This document shows positions 12,101-24,892 of a stretch of DNA of 64,000 nt, one piece after another. Made by a program: the position numbers and the translations under genes. Position 1 is the first letter of the stretch, and every line of letters begins with the position of its first letter. The notes beneath the pieces were generated by a model. It made no database searches and was not told the origin of the DNA. It saw only the letters and a program-made list of their open reading frames with translations. The stretch comes from Macrostomum lignano. Its lineage: Eukaryota. The stretch covers positions 62,001-126,000 of the forward strand of contig NIVC01000168.1 in the NCBI GenBank assembly GCA_002269645.1. The letters are read 5' to 3'.

Positions 12101-15100
12101 GAGAACTAATGGAAGGCTAATGCTTACAGTGAGAGAACTAATGGAAGGCTAATGCTTACAGTGAGAGAACTAATGGAAGGCTAATGCTTACAGTGAGAGA
12201 ACTAATGGAAGGCTAATGCTTACAGTAAGAGAACTAATGGAAGGCTAATGCTTACAGTGAGAGAACTAATGGAAGGCTAATGCTTACAGTGAGAGAACTA
12301 ATGGAAGGCTAATGCTTAGAGTGAGAGAACTAATGGAGAGCTAATGCTTTCGAGCTCCTACAATGAGAAAGTAAGTTATAAAGTTAAGGCTAAGGACAGA
12401 ATAGTTTAGTTTAGGTTAGAAGCTGGTCTCTTGATGAGCAAAACCCGATACCCAGCATAACAAGAATTGCATTTCGCTATTTTATTTTCACAGCTTCGCT
12501 CGCTAGAGAACGGCAACACCGCCATATTCGAAAACGTGACCAATTTCGAATGGCGCCTATCCGGCGCCGGCGGAGTCAGCGGCGCCGACGATATGTACCC
12601 TTCGGCCGATTATTTCTCCGACGATGAGACCGCGTCCACCGGCGCTGGAGCCGCCGCCGCCGTAGTGCCTGACGACTTCCCCCAGCTACGCACGCTGACC
12701 TCGTCGTCGGGAGCATCTGGAGGCGGTGTCGGCGGCGGCGGCTCAGCCACTCTGGCAGGCGTAGGCGGTGGTGGCAGCGGTCGGCGGCGCGGCTGGTCCT
12801 ACTATCCGTCGCCTAGTAAGTCGGTTACGTCGACACCGAAAGCGACGCCGACGATGTCGTCTGCCTCGCCCATGCAGCAGCAGTCATCCGCTGCCTCAAC
12901 GGCGCCCGCTGGTAGCTACGGCAGCGGATTCGTCACTTTACCGCGTCGGCCAAGCAAAGTTAAAAAGGCGCCGCCTCCGCCGCAGCAGCCGCCACCACCT
13001 TCGACATCTTCGACGGCCGCCGCAGCCGCCGCTAATGCTTCGTCAATGTCGATGTCGCTGTACGGATCCGAGTCGATTTTCACGTCGCCGCTGCCGGCCA
13101 ACCCCAGTCGATCGGCTACGGCATCAGCGGCTAACGGCGGCTCCGACGCGTCAACGCATCGGCAACTACGTCGGGCCGGCTCGTACGACAATATCGACGT
13201 TATCATCGACGCCCTGATGGAGGATCCAGCCGGGGAGAACGACAACGAGGACGATGTCGATAATGGCGAAGGAGATCGACGGCGGAAGCGGCAGCCGCAG
13301 CCGCACCCGAGGCACACGCTGCACAAGGCTGTGCCGGACTCCGACAGGACAAGCGGCGGCGGCGTCGGACACAGCGACGGCAATCGCAACTGGTCGAGTC
13401 CGAAGGTGGCCCCGGCGGCTGTGAAGTACAAGCCGGCTTTGTCGAGTGTGCAACCCCAGCAGCAGCAACAGCAGCAGCAAAAGCAACAACAACCTGCGCC
13501 TCCGAAACGAGCTCCGAAGCCAAAGATTGACAAGTCTTTATTACTGAATTCTTCCAGTTCTAGCAGACAGTCGCAGGCAAAGCCGCAACAACAACAGCCG
13601 ACGCAGCAACAGAAAGCAACATCCGGAGGTGTTGGTCATTCGGCGCCCATTGCCTCTAGCGATTCTGACGCTGAATCTGCCCGGCAGAGCAGCCTCCCGT
13701 CGTCTCCGCAGCAGGCGCAACGCCCTGCTGCTGCTGCTGCTGCTAAGTCGCCCCCTGCCGAGGTAAAATTTAGGATTTTTTAAGCTAATTTTAAGATTAG
13801 CTACTGTGCCATCTCTATTAGCTACTGTGCCATCTCTATTAGCTACTGTGCCATCTCTATTAGCTACTGTGCCATCTCTATTAGCTACTGTGCCATCCAT
13901 ATTAGCTACTGTGCTATCCCTATTAGCTACTGTGCTATCCCTATTAGCTACTGTGCTATCCCTATTAGCTACTGTGCCATCTCTATTAGCTACTGTGCCA
14001 TCTCTATTAGCTACTGTGCCATCTCTATTAGCTACTGTGCCATCCATATTAGCTACTGTGCTATCCCTATTAGCTACTGTGCTATCCCTATTAGCTACTG
14101 TGCTATCCCTATTAGCTACTGTGCCATCTCTATTAGCTACTGTGCCATCTCTATTAGCTACTATGCCATCTCTATTAGCTACTGTGCCATCTCTATTAGT
14201 TGCTGTCCCATCTCTATTAGCTGCTGTCCCATCTCTATTAGCTACTGTGCCATCCCTATTATTAGCTGCTGTCCCATCCCTATTAGCTACTGTCCCATCT
14301 CTATTAGCTACTGTGCCGTCTCTATTAGCTACTGTGCCATCTCTATTAGCTGCTTTGCCGTCTCTATTAGCTACTATGCCATCTCTATTAGCTACTGTGC
14401 CATCTCTATTAGCTACTGTGCCATCTCTATTAGCTACTGTGCCATCCCTATTAGCTACTGTGCCATCTCTATTAGCTACTGTGCCATCTCTATTAGCTAC
14501 TGTGCCATCCCTATTAGCTACTGTGCCATCTCTATTAGCTACTGTGCCATCTCTATTATTAGCTACTGTCCCATCTCTATTAGCTACTATGCCATCCCTA
14601 TTATTAGCTACTGTCCCATCCTTATTAGCTACTGTGCCATCCCTATTAGCTACTGTGCCATCCCTATTAGCTACTGTGCCATCTCTATTAGCTACTGTGC
14701 CATCTCTATTAGCTACTGTGCCATCTCTATTAGCTACTGTGCCATCTCTATTAGCTACTGTGCCATCTCTATTAGCTACTGTCCCATCTCTATTAGCTAC
14801 TGTGCCATCTCTATTAGCTACTGTGCCATCTCTATTAGCTACTGTGCCATCTCTATTAGCTACTGTGCCATCCCTATTAGCTACTGTGCCATCTCTATTA
14901 GCTACTGTGCCATCTCTATTAGCTACTGTGCCATCTCTATTAGATACTGTGCCATCTCTATTAGCTACTGTGCCATCTCTATTAGCTACTGTGCCATCTC
15001 TATTAGCTACTGTGCCATCTCTATTAGCTGCTGTCCCATCTCTATTAGCTACTGTGCCATCTCTATTAGCTACTGTGCCATCTCTATTAGCTACTGTCCC

Positions 15101-17271
15101 ATCTCTATTAGCTACTGTGCCATCCCTATTAGCTACTGTGCCATCCCTATTAGCTGCTGTGCCATCTCTATTAGCTACTGTCCCATCTCTATTAGCTACT
15201 GTGCCATCTCTATTAGCTACTGAAACCTGAAGTTGACTATTTTATTCTGAAAATTTTAGCCAATCACCTCCAAGGACACCAACACCCTGACCCGTCCGGA
15301 GTCCCAGACTCTCGAGCAGTCCCCGGCCCCAGCAGCTCCATCATCAGTAGCTGCCTCCAGCACCCTAGTTCGCTGTGTTGCAATGTACGACTGCCAAGCC
15401 GAGTTCCCGAACGAATTAAGCTTTGCCAAGGGTGAAGTGCTGCGAATTACTCGGCAAGAGAATGAGGATTGGTGGGTAAGTTTTTCGTTAAAGTGGCGAC
15501 ACAGTTCTGCTAATCAAACCTCAGCACGTTTGTCTGTTTTTATAGGACATTTATAGTTTTTTATTGAAGTTCAATTTTATAATTGTCTAGTAATCACATT
15601 TAAAGGTTGATTTAAAGATCTAGTGTCTCGCAAACATACCTGAAGGTTCAGGTCAGGTGTCTGGCAAACATACCTGAAGGTTCAGGTCAGGTGTCTGGCA
15701 AACATACCTGAAGGTTCAGGTTAGGTGTCTGGCAAACATACCTGAAGGTTCAGGTCAGGTGTCTGGCAAACATACCTGAAGGTTCAGGTCAGATGTCTAG
15801 CAAACATACCTGAAGGTTCAGGTGTCTGGCAAACATACCTGAAAGTTCAGGTCAAGTGTCTAGCAAACATACCTGAAGGTTCAGGTTAGGTGTCTGGCAA
15901 ACATACCTGAAGGTTCAGATTAGGTTTCTAGCAAACATACCTGAAGGTTCAGGTCTGGTGTCTACCGCAAACATACCTGAAGGTTCAGGTGTCTAGCAAA
16001 CTCACCTGAAGGTTCAGGTCAGGTGTCTAGCAAACGTACCTGAAAGCTGAGGTCAAGTGTCTGGCAAACATACCTGAAGGTTCAGATTAGGTGTCTAGTA
16101 AACATACCTGAAGGTTCAGGTTAGGTGTCTGGCAAACATACCTGAAGGTTCAGGTTAGGTGTCTGGCAAAAATACCTGAAGGTTCAGGTTAGGTGTCTGG
16201 CAAACATACCTGAAGGTTCAGGTTAGGTGTCTGGCAAACATACCTGAAGGTTCAGGTTAGGTGTCTGGCAAACATACCTGAAGGTTCAGGTTAGGTGTCT
16301 GGCAAACATACCTGAAGGTTCAGATTAGGTTTCTAGCAAACATACCTGAAGGTTCAGGTCTGGTGTCTACCGCAAACATACCTGAAGGTTCAGGTGTCTA
16401 GCAAACATACCTGAAGGTTCAGATTAGGTTTCTAGCAAACATACCTGAAGGTTCAGGTCTGGTGTCTACCGCAAAAATACCTGAAGGTTCAGGTTAGGTG
16501 TCTGGCAAACATACCTGAAGGTTCAGGTTAGGTGTCTGGCAAAAATACCTGAAGGTTCAGGTTAGGTGTCTGGCAAAAATACCTGAAGGTTCAGGTTAGG
16601 TGTCTGGCAAAAATACCTGAAGGTTCAGGTCAGATGTCTAGCAAACATACCTGAAGGTTCAGGTCAGATGTCTAGCAAACATACCTGAAGGTTCAGGTGT
16701 CTGGCAAACATACCTGAAAGTTCAGGTCAAGTGTCTAGCAAACATACCTGAAGGTTCAGGTTAGGTGTCTGGCAAACATACCTGAAGGTTCAGATTAGGT
16801 TTCTAGCAAACATACCTGAAGGTTCAGGTCTGGTGTCTACCGCAAACATACCTGAAGGTTCAGGTGTCTAGCAAACTCACCTGAAGGTTCAGGTCAGGTG
16901 TCTAGCAAACGTACCTGAAAGCTGAGGTCAAGTGTCTGGCAAACATACCTGAAGGTTCAGATTAGGTGTCTAGTAAACATACCTGAAGGTTCAGGTTAGG
17001 TGTCTGGCAAACATAACTGAAGGTTCAGGTTAGGTGTCTGGCAAAAATACCTGGAGGTTCAGGTCAGGTGTCTGGCAAACGTACCTGAAAGCTCAGGTCA
17101 AGTGTCTGGCAAACATACCTGAAGGTTCAGATTAGGTGTTCGGCAAACATACCTGAAGGTTCAGGTCAGGTATCTAGCAAACCGATTCTTTAATTCCAGG
17201 AAGCGGAAGTGGAGTCGGAACCATCAAGGCGCGGTCTGTTTCCGGTGTCATTCGTGCACTTTTTAACTTGA
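2969..17271 (+). CDS. ASAP1: ASAP-family Arf GTPase-activating protein (BAR-PH-ArfGAP-ANK-SH3), 3' part; exons 2969-3125, 8524-9172, 9678-9912, 10727-11228, 12494-13762, 15260-15475, 17200-17271
   Basis: All junctions are GT-AG and phase-compatible. Recognisable ASAP peptides: YFEESVKTL...LRDELR (BAR end), [10 protein letters not shown]...[19 protein letters not shown] (PH), [37 protein letters not shown] (ArfGAP), GETLLHYC (ANK), [19 protein letters not shown]...DWW and [13 protein letters not shown] (SH3). The symbol is family-level; earlier exons lie outside the window. Confidence 0.93.
3480..3900. repeat. Degenerate ~20-bp repeat with core AGATAGCAAGCATCC
   Basis: The core recurs more than 15 times with variable spacers. 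Confidence 0.8.
3925..6450. repeat. 24-bp minisatellite GTGCAATAATCCTTGGTTTATCAA
   Basis: About 100 units; source of the 8-aa periodic ORFs; variant blocks repeat near 5940-6400. Confidence 0.97.
6503..6566 (-). other. tRNA-like SINE-head relic
   Basis: Minus strand reads TAGCCTAGAGCTG...GACTGCTAATGCAGCGACCTAGGTTCGAATCT. B box is intact, but the cloverleaf does not close. Confidence 0.4.
7015..7125 (+). mobile_element. Possible 3' block of a non-autonomous Helentron/DINE-1-like element
   Basis: tgcaagttcgaagaaaatcggttgagccgttttt, then (CA)n, then acagac and tttagtatat. This resembles, from memory, the microsatellite-bearing 3' block of such elements. Confidence 0.4.
8070..8480. repeat. ~40-bp minisatellite AATGTACACACGCCTGAAGCCAACCCCCCGAACCCCCGTCCCC
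   Basis: About 10 units ending close to the 3' splice site at 8523. Confidence 0.93.
8524..9172 (+). CDS. ASAP1: ASAP exon, S/G/A-rich linker, PH domain and start of ArfGAP zinc finger
   Basis: The ORF at 8749 extends upstream in frame to an acceptor at 8523; phase-1 donor gttagt at 9173. Confidence 0.92.
9190..9570. repeat. ~12-bp degenerate repeat (CCCATAGGATTC / GGGATTCCC)
   Basis: Fills most of ASAP intron 9173-9677. Confidence 0.9.
9678..11228 (+). CDS. ASAP1: ASAP exons 9678-9912 (ArfGAP core) and 10727-11228 (end of ArfGAP plus ankyrin repeats)
   Basis: PEWMSTNLG...CCGIHR; RKIFIRAKY; GETAVH and GETLLH ankyrin motifs; compatible splice phases. Confidence 0.92.
9955..10615. repeat. 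31-bp minisatellite GCGCTAATTTGGCGCTAAAGTCTCATCTGTG
   Basis: About 21 units filling intron 9913-10726. Confidence 0.97.
11370..12350. repeat. 32-bp minisatellite GAGAACTAATGGAAGGCTAATGCTTACAGTGA
   Basis: About 30 units in intron 11229-12493. Confidence 0.97.
12494..13762 (+). CDS. ASAP1: ASAP exon, 423-codon Ser/Ala/Gly/Pro/Gln-rich disordered region
   Basis: Open frame between ttttcacag| and |gtaaaa, phase 0 at both ends; begins [22 protein letters not shown]; contains PxxP motifs. Confidence 0.85.
13795..15222. repeat. 21-bp minisatellite GCTACTGTGCCATCTCTATTA
   Basis: About 68 units in intron 13763-15259; source of the ATVPSLL ORF. Confidence 0.97.
15260..17271 (+). CDS. ASAP1: ASAP terminal exons 15260-15475 and 17200-17271 encoding the SH3 domain and stop
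   Basis: [33 protein letters not shown] | [26 protein letters not shown]. Not in the ORF track. Confidence 0.9.
15625..17182. repeat. 34-bp minisatellite GCAAACATACCTGAAGGTTCAGGTTAGGTGTCTG
   Basis: About 46 units in intron 15476-17199, with an internal block duplication at offset 875. Confidence 0.97.
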
Positions 17272-17724
17272 TAAAATTCGCACATCTAAAACACACAGTA
17301 AGCGCATAAATTATGTTAATTAGTCTAGTCTGTCATTAAATTGCAGTAATTTTTTAGTTCTTTTTTGCTAACCACGCCGTTTTCCTTTCTAACTGTGCAG
17401 TTATTAATAAAAATAGTTTTTTGAATAAAAATCGCTACATGACTATATATATAATGTATATTGCAGATTATGCAGGTATATATATATATAATATGATTCT
17501 ATAATATATATATGTGTGTGTTATCTTTTTATTCCAATTCTTCTCTGTTTTGCACGAACGCCCTTTGCAATGCCAGGTTTTGCAGCCGATAATTTTTGTA
17601 GTTGGTAAAAGCATGTGCGATATATATTGCTTTTAGTAGTAGAGTGCTGCTAATTTTTTTTTTAATTTGACTGCATCTTAGTAGCACTATCAATGCCTGC
17701 TATACCCATCGTTACTGAAATTCA

Positions 17725-18298
17725 TTCTCCCACACTGTACAAGAATATCCCCTCAGCACTGTACAAGAATATCCCCTCAACACTGTACAAGAATATCCCC
17801 TCAACACTTTACAAGAATATCCCCTCAACACTGTACAAGAGTATCCCCTCAACACTGTACAAGAGTATCCCCTCAACACTGTACAAGAATATCCCCTCAA
17901 CACTTTACAAGAATATCCCCTCAACACTTTACAAGAATATCCCCTCAACACTTTACAAGAATATCCCCTCAACACTGTACAAGAATATCCCCTCAACACT
18001 TTACAAGAATATCCCCTCAACACTGTACAAGAATATCCCTCAACACTGTACAAGAATATCCCCTCAACACTGTACAAGAATATCCTTTCAACACTGTACA
18101 AGAATATCCCCTCAACACTGTACAAGAATATCCCCTCAACACTGTACAAGAATATCCTTTCAACACTGTACAAGAATATCCCCTCAACACTGTACAAGAA
18201 TATCCCCTCAACACTGTACAAGAATATCCCCTCAACACTGTACAAGAGTATCCCCTCAACACTGTACAAGAGTATCCCCTCAACACTGTACAAGAATC
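17725..18298. repeat. 24-bp minisatellite CTGTACAAGAATATCCCCTCAACA
   Basis: About 24 units downstream of the ASAP stop codon. Confidence 0.95.
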
Positions 18299-19649
18299 AA
18301 ATTTTGGCCTTGTACACATATTCACCAGGCTATTCGGTATAATAAAAAAGTCATCAAACTTGTACCGGGAATAATTTATGTACAAGAACCCAGCAGTCAA
18401 ACTATAATGTGCATAATTGAATATTTTGACGCTGCATTGAGCTTCTTATAAGTAAATGATTTTTTCTGATATAATTATGAAACGTTAGTGTAATATCAGT
18501 GTGCTATAAATATCATATATATTTACGCATATTAAACTATATTTACAAAATTGCATGGTTATGTAGTTTATTAGTTTTATTGTCTGGAATCATGGAACAG
18601 CCGCTAATGTAATCCGACATTTACAGCATGCGTGCTTATAGTTCTATAAAATGCATTACATTTTTTAATGTAAACCATGGAGATTTTTTTGGTCATTATT
18701 TCTAGTCCGTTGTTGCTATTTGGTTTTGTTCCCGGCTGATAAGTTATTACGTGTCTACATATGTAATAATAAACTTATTACTAACGTCATTATCTGTTTA
18801 TTAATTCACTTGCTTCCATTTAGTATACCGCCATAACTTGCTTATATAACGCTATAATATATAATATAAACCTATTGATAACAAGTGCAATTCGAATAGG
18901 TTACCTATATCGTGCAAGTGCTGCCTATTTCAGATTAACCACTTACTAGATTTGTTGTTAAATTAGTTTATTCGATTCAAACGTATTTATTTGAAAATAT
19001 CGAATTCAACGTTAAAATCTTAGCGTTATTATTATTTGGTATCGGGCATATTTTATTAATAGCTTTGTAAGAAGTACGCACCGCAGTATTTGTCTTTTAA
19101 TGGCCAGTATATAATCTCCGTTAGGCTCTATGTGTACCTTCTGATTTTATGAGTACACTCTAAAATTACTCAAAATGTATTACACTAAATATATACTATA
19201 TATTGTCATTTGCATCTAAGTAAGTTAAAATCTTAGTGCTTTTTCCCCGCATACGAATTGTGTTTTTCTCTTTTATTCTTATCGCTTTTGAACCTTTGAT
19301 TATCGTCGCGGCAGTTTATATATTGCAGCTCCACTCTATCTACTACTACAGTTAAATAGTAGTTTTTTTGATATTTGTATTCGTTTTTTTATTCATTGCT
19401 TACCCGCTAAATTTGCGCACAAATGCCGGAAGACTTTTGTTGCTTTCCAGACGTGCTTTAGTAAATCTCTGTATAGTATGGAAAAAGCAGTTACAATATG
19501 TTCGATTCAACTTACGCCTTTTGTTGTGTCGCTGTAGATTCATTTACGATATATAACCAAAAAGTCGCTTACCAAAAATACCCGAAGGTATGCAAAGCAA
19601 AAAGAAATTTTCATTACTTAAACAAACGATTGCTACTCTTACTTAAGTA

Positions 19650-21200
19650 CTTTTTTATTTTTAACAAGACTCGGAAAAGACTCATTAAAATGCGGGCAGA
19701 AGGCGACGCGCGTGGTGCGTCAAAGGTTCCTCCTCTTAGATCACAGAAGAGGCAGATGGGAGAGCAGCCACTTTGTAGTGAAATGTGTTTGTGGATATAT
19801 CTCATTGCCGGTAGTGACCATGCACACATCTCCCTGAGGTCAGTTTTACTTAGGGAGATTAGATATTCAGATACTTTCCGGTTTATGGCAGGCATTGCCG
19901 TTCAGGTTTGCCGATAATTCGAAACAGTTGTTCCAGTGCAGCTGGTGCTGGTGGATCAGCCATTTGAAGTAGCTACGAAGGTAACTTGACCTAGCGATGC
20001 GCTCCACTCAGCAGTGTACTGCCTCGTTGAAACAGTCTGGAGCTGACTTGGTTGAAAGCTAGAGAGAAGACATGCAAGGCCTTAATACTTCTGTCTTGAT
20101 TAGCGGCCTGGGTGTCAGAGTAGAAATTATGATGTCAAAGCTGCTGATGCCAGCTTTTGCAGATGCACATTGGTTGATGGCCGCGTGACTTCGGATTGAA
20201 AAGCTGACATATTCTCACCAAGATGAAGGCTAGCTGTCATCTTTCTTGCAGGATCGCCGCACACTTTCATTTGGAAAACAGTGAAGCAGTGGATCTGAGT
20301 GCATGAATGCCTTGACCAAGGACCACTAGGAACAATTCGTTATAGTCTAGTAGGGAGTATAGTCCTTGGCCCTGACTTCTCCGATCCGGTTGACGCCAAC
20401 GTCCAGTGGGTGGCTTCCTCGCGGCGGAAGGGTACATATCTGAGTGAGGGGGGTTGGCTCGTATACAGTCCACCTCGTTAAAGGGGTGAATGTGTTGAAG
20501 GTCACGAAGGAAATACCAGGTGAGAAATGAGTGTCGTCTCAGCAGGTGTTAAACCCGAGGGGGGGGGTTGGTATAGTGAATTTATCACTAATAATTAACG
20601 GCGTGGCGCCTTTTATCGTCTCAGCTAACATGCATGGAAGGCATTTTGATGGATGATGTTGAGACCCTATAGTGGGGTGAATTTTCATGAGTAGCACCAG
20701 TGATGACCCGGCAAATGCATGATTGATATAGCTGATCCCACACAGACTTCAGCTCCAACGCGCTGGACCAGACAAGCACGAGTAGGTGCGATGCAGGATC
20801 AGATGATGCCCGAGTGTAGATCTGCACCGGACCGTCTTGAGAGAGAGATGCATGGCCCCCAGGTACATGTATAGACCCTATGGCTCTACTTGCGCGAAAC
20901 ATCGCTTGGCGTGTCCGATGACGTCGGCATGTTTTGTCCAGCTATCGTGACGTGAGCGTCACACTATAGATACTAATTTCTTTATCTAGGGGAAGCATGT
21001 GGGTGCAGGTGGCATCCAAGAGGGTGGGTTAATCGTTCTGTTTCAGATCATAAAGTCGATCCATCGCACAATTCTGGATCTGATGACCTTCTTCGAATTC
21101 TGTACTTCGGGTAAAGGGAACTCTGAAGGAGCCAAATTTGACATTAAGGTCCGTACATCGATGTGACAGAAGACCTGCAGAGGCGATCTGTTTTTTCAGG
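19650..21200 (-). mobile_element. Degraded, internally deleted RT+RNase H LINE related to the element at 32.8-34.9 kb
   Basis: Frame-disrupted relics in the expected order: VRWIDFMI*NRTI (young copy IRWIMYMISNRTV), a KYLGVTL...SWTKH-like stretch, LVWSS...CRVITGA, SAFQSEV, YSDTQAA, LISLSKTDLR...CLFC. Confidence 0.7.
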
Positions 21201-24200
21201 AATAGTTTTCTCAATGGCAAGCTGTTATTAAATGTATATATGCATACAACGCGCGTGCTCGCGTTTGTTTACCCTGCATGTGGTTGAAAGGCAAATTCAT
21301 GAGTGCCTTGCTTACTCATGGTCTTCTTGAATAAGTATATCTTGAGTAAGACGGTGCCGCCCTCTCAGCTGAGACGCAGCTGGTCGCAGTCACGTACACC
21401 AGCCTCCACGGGATGGGCCTCTCTCCAACAGCTTAATGCAAAAAGACGTTAGGCTGATGGGGCGGAAGTATATACGAGTACCGTGGTCCTTGGCTAGTGT
21501 GTAACCGCGCGACGCTTAATTATTTTAACCGGGGTGAGCTCCTTTTAATTGTTCCATCATGGTAAGTCTTCTTCCTACTGACAGTGTTTTTTCCCATGGG
21601 CAGTATTCAGCATTTCAACAATTTTGTTTCAATGTTCGGGATTTCCTCTACAATCTTCCAGTTTTGACCGGCCGGTTGGTTGCTGATCAGGATACTCGAT
21701 CACACCCTTAACTGAAGCCGATCCCATTCGCCCGCTTCAAATTTGGGCAGTCCGCCTTTGGTGACACGAGCGCCGCCAGCGGTGATGCTGAATTGGATGT
21801 AGAAATTATCCGAGAGTGAGGGATGATACACAACAAAGCCAATCAGACATAGTAGACTCAGACTATGAAATGTTAATGATACGTTGTGAAATTAAAGTGC
21901 ATTAGAAATTTTATTCTAAATATATGTTCTTATATTGCATAAAGATCAAACATATTCTAAACAAATCAAACGAAGCGGATAACCTGGTTGCTGCTACTGT
22001 TTGTTTTACCTAACCAGCATGATAACTAAACGTTCTTAGAAGCAACCAGGAAATCTGTTTGCATGCTCGAACTTAAATTTAGTTTTAATAATTCTTTTTT
22101 GCTTCGAAAGAACTTAATTGATAAACAATTCATTGTATTTTTCAGCCAAATTTTCTTCATAACGCGCTATTTTGCTCTTGATCGACTGTATATATCAAAA
22201 GTTTATTTCGGGAAGATAGTTCATACATTTTTTTAATACTTAATTTTACAACTTATTCAAGCTCAAAATTGATTATGGTTGCGTTGGTTGTCAAAAAAAC
22301 AAAATTGCTAATATTTTAGTAATTTCAATCCTGATCTTTCTCCGGCTCCAATAGAGCCGAAAAGTAGGCACTAAATTTATGTAAATTACATACTATTATG
22401 GCATTAAATAATATTGAACTGACAGAGAAGACTTGCCAATAAAAATGGTATGCAATAAATATCATTCATGTATTTTATTGTTATAAACTTTTCGTGGTTT
22501 CCATTCATAATATTCCTTATTAAAAGTTAAGGCTTTGTATATCTTTGTGTTAATTTGCATGCATTGAATATTAAATCTTAAATGTAGAAAAAACTGAAGT
22601 ATTTTTTCATTAGAAAATTAGACTAAATTAGATTAAGTAACATAGTTTTATACTTAATGTCATTTATATGCATAAATGAATCAAAACTTATTAATTTAAG
22701 TATTCATAGCAAAAATAATTTTTAATTTTTGCTTTGATTTATAATAAAATGTTGAACATTACTTAATCTTGAGACATTCCATTTTTATTCACTTGCATTA
22801 TAAAATTGAAAACATAATTTTCTTATCTAAATTGAGATATTTAGAAGGTAACTAGGATTCAAAATAGAGATATTAAGTTATATTGATTAGTTCTAATATA
22901 AATAATTTTCAGATAATATAATAAAAAATATTTATTATATTGTCAAATACAGGCAAGCAACTAAAAATAAAAGTAAAAAAATATATAGGTCTAAAATACA
23001 GCCTAAAATACATTAAATATTCATATTTCATTTATATTATAAAAGTGTATATTCTAATACCCCTCTCTGTAGCCACTTGTAGTAAGCAAGGGGGTTTGTT
23101 TTGTTGTTGTTGTTCTTATTGTATATTGTATAATTACTTAATGATTAATATACTCTACTAGATATCAATATTATATAATGGCAATTGATGTTATTCTATT
23201 TTATCAATGTATATGATATTTTAAATATAGAGCTTTGAAGGCTATTATATTACTATATGGTTTTTAACAAAATGTAGTTTCTCTTTATTTAAGTAGCCAC
23301 TACTGTATATTGTAGCTACTTTCTTCTTACTAGATCCAAATCTACCCAAGTTTCATCTGTCATGCTTTTATTCCTTATGTAGCTTTGATTTGGCAAAACA
23401 AGTCTTGAATAAGTTTGATTGTCAAATTTCACTTAGGGAAGGTTTTTGTGTTTCTGCTCTCTATGTACTGATATGTGCCATCTGATTTAATTAGATCAGA
23501 TTCCTTCAATTTCGAAGCCTTTCTAATCAATTTCAAGATAAAATTACTTTACTGTCAGTTATTCACTAGCTTTGGCAGATTAGGTTAGATATAATTAGAA
23601 TCTACCATTGCTAGATAGATTTCCAAGTCTTACATTTCAATGTCACAGCTTTCCTAAAAGACATTTTTAATCAATCATTGAACCCTTGTTGAAAGGCGAT
23701 TCTGTGATAAAAGTAGTTACAGATGTCCTATACCTACTACTACTAAGGTACTGGGTACCTTACTTCCCAGGAGGCATTAAAATATTTATTTGATTGAGCA
23801 GTTTGGCGCCAACTGCCTATAAATAGGGATCAAGGTCAGGGGTTCCAAGCGCGATTTTTGATTGTTGTCCACTTTCGTTTTGTTTTTCCACTCACTGCAC
23901 TACATAGAGACCTTTTTTATTAAATGTCAACGAGTCTATAGAGGTGTTTATGGGTGCAGAGCAGCTCACTGGTTAATGCATCCACCATCCATATTAACTT
24001 TGGGGTTTTGCTTGTGTGCCTGACAAGGAGGAAGCCTGCTTGTGTTGTGAGCGACTGCGTGTCTAAGCGCGAGATGCGGAACAAATCTTGTCAGGATATC
24101 CGCAGCTCCTTTGTCTTCTTCTATGGGTCTAAATTTAGTATACGTGGATTGACGGATTTATTGGTATGTAACTAAGCCAATTTGTTAAGTCTGTTGCTGT

Positions 24201-24892
24201 CCATCTGCTTTGTCTGGATAGCATTGAGCCTCCGAGCGGCTTTGATCAGTGTAGGACTCTGGCTATAGGGGGGGGGGCACAGATTTTCCCTCTGCTTGAC
24301 TGCTTGCAAAGCGGAAATGACGTTCTATCAGGCAGGTGCCTATTTTATCTGACAGTCAGCGAGGAACAACAAAGAAGCTGCTTGTCTGTCTGTCTTCGTC
24401 GAAAGCGTGCAGCAGGCGAGACGCGTAGTCAACGGATCTCTCTTGTTGATCACCGTTAAGTAGAGCCCCGAGGGGTGAGGGTTGGTTCGGGCATCGGGCT
24501 AATGACAGGGGTCTAAGAAAGGTATTCGGGCTCGCGGTTGCATGCATGTAGAGGCAGGTAGGAGTAATTTGCGCCCAGGAGAGTGACTCTGCGAAGCCCA
24601 CTCCCCGACTTGTTTTTTCCGTCTTGCTATAGCATTGTACCATCTGCATCTCCTTGCAGTGTTTTGTGTTTTCCTGCATCTTCTGCATTCTACTTTTTTC
24701 CTCTCCTGCTGCCCACGTCTCTAATAAGCATCTAATTTTAGTTCGCGATGAGCTTCTTCAGGCCACCTCGGGCAATTTGAGGAGTCTCCTCTTGTTGAAT
24801 CCCTTTGACAAATTTTGTTCGCCATCTTATGAGCTTATTGACGTCATATGAGTCCTTGAGCAGCTGAGCGATTTTCATGAGTGCTTCAGATT

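Noticed and set aside
12768-13533. Alternative-frame and antisense ORFs over GC-rich exons and the LINE (also 33111-34220, 49597-50354, 59962-60351)
   Set aside because: These are shadow ORFs expected over GC-rich coding DNA.
23785-23830. Near-palindrome cagtttggcgccaactg followed by TATAAATAG as an LTR or promoter
   Set aside because: No second LTR, PBS or downstream gene was found.
23900-24890. Decayed minus-strand coding-like stretch (LINE linker or hAT C-terminus)
   Set aside because: Multiple stops and no diagnostic motif; I could not assign it by eye.
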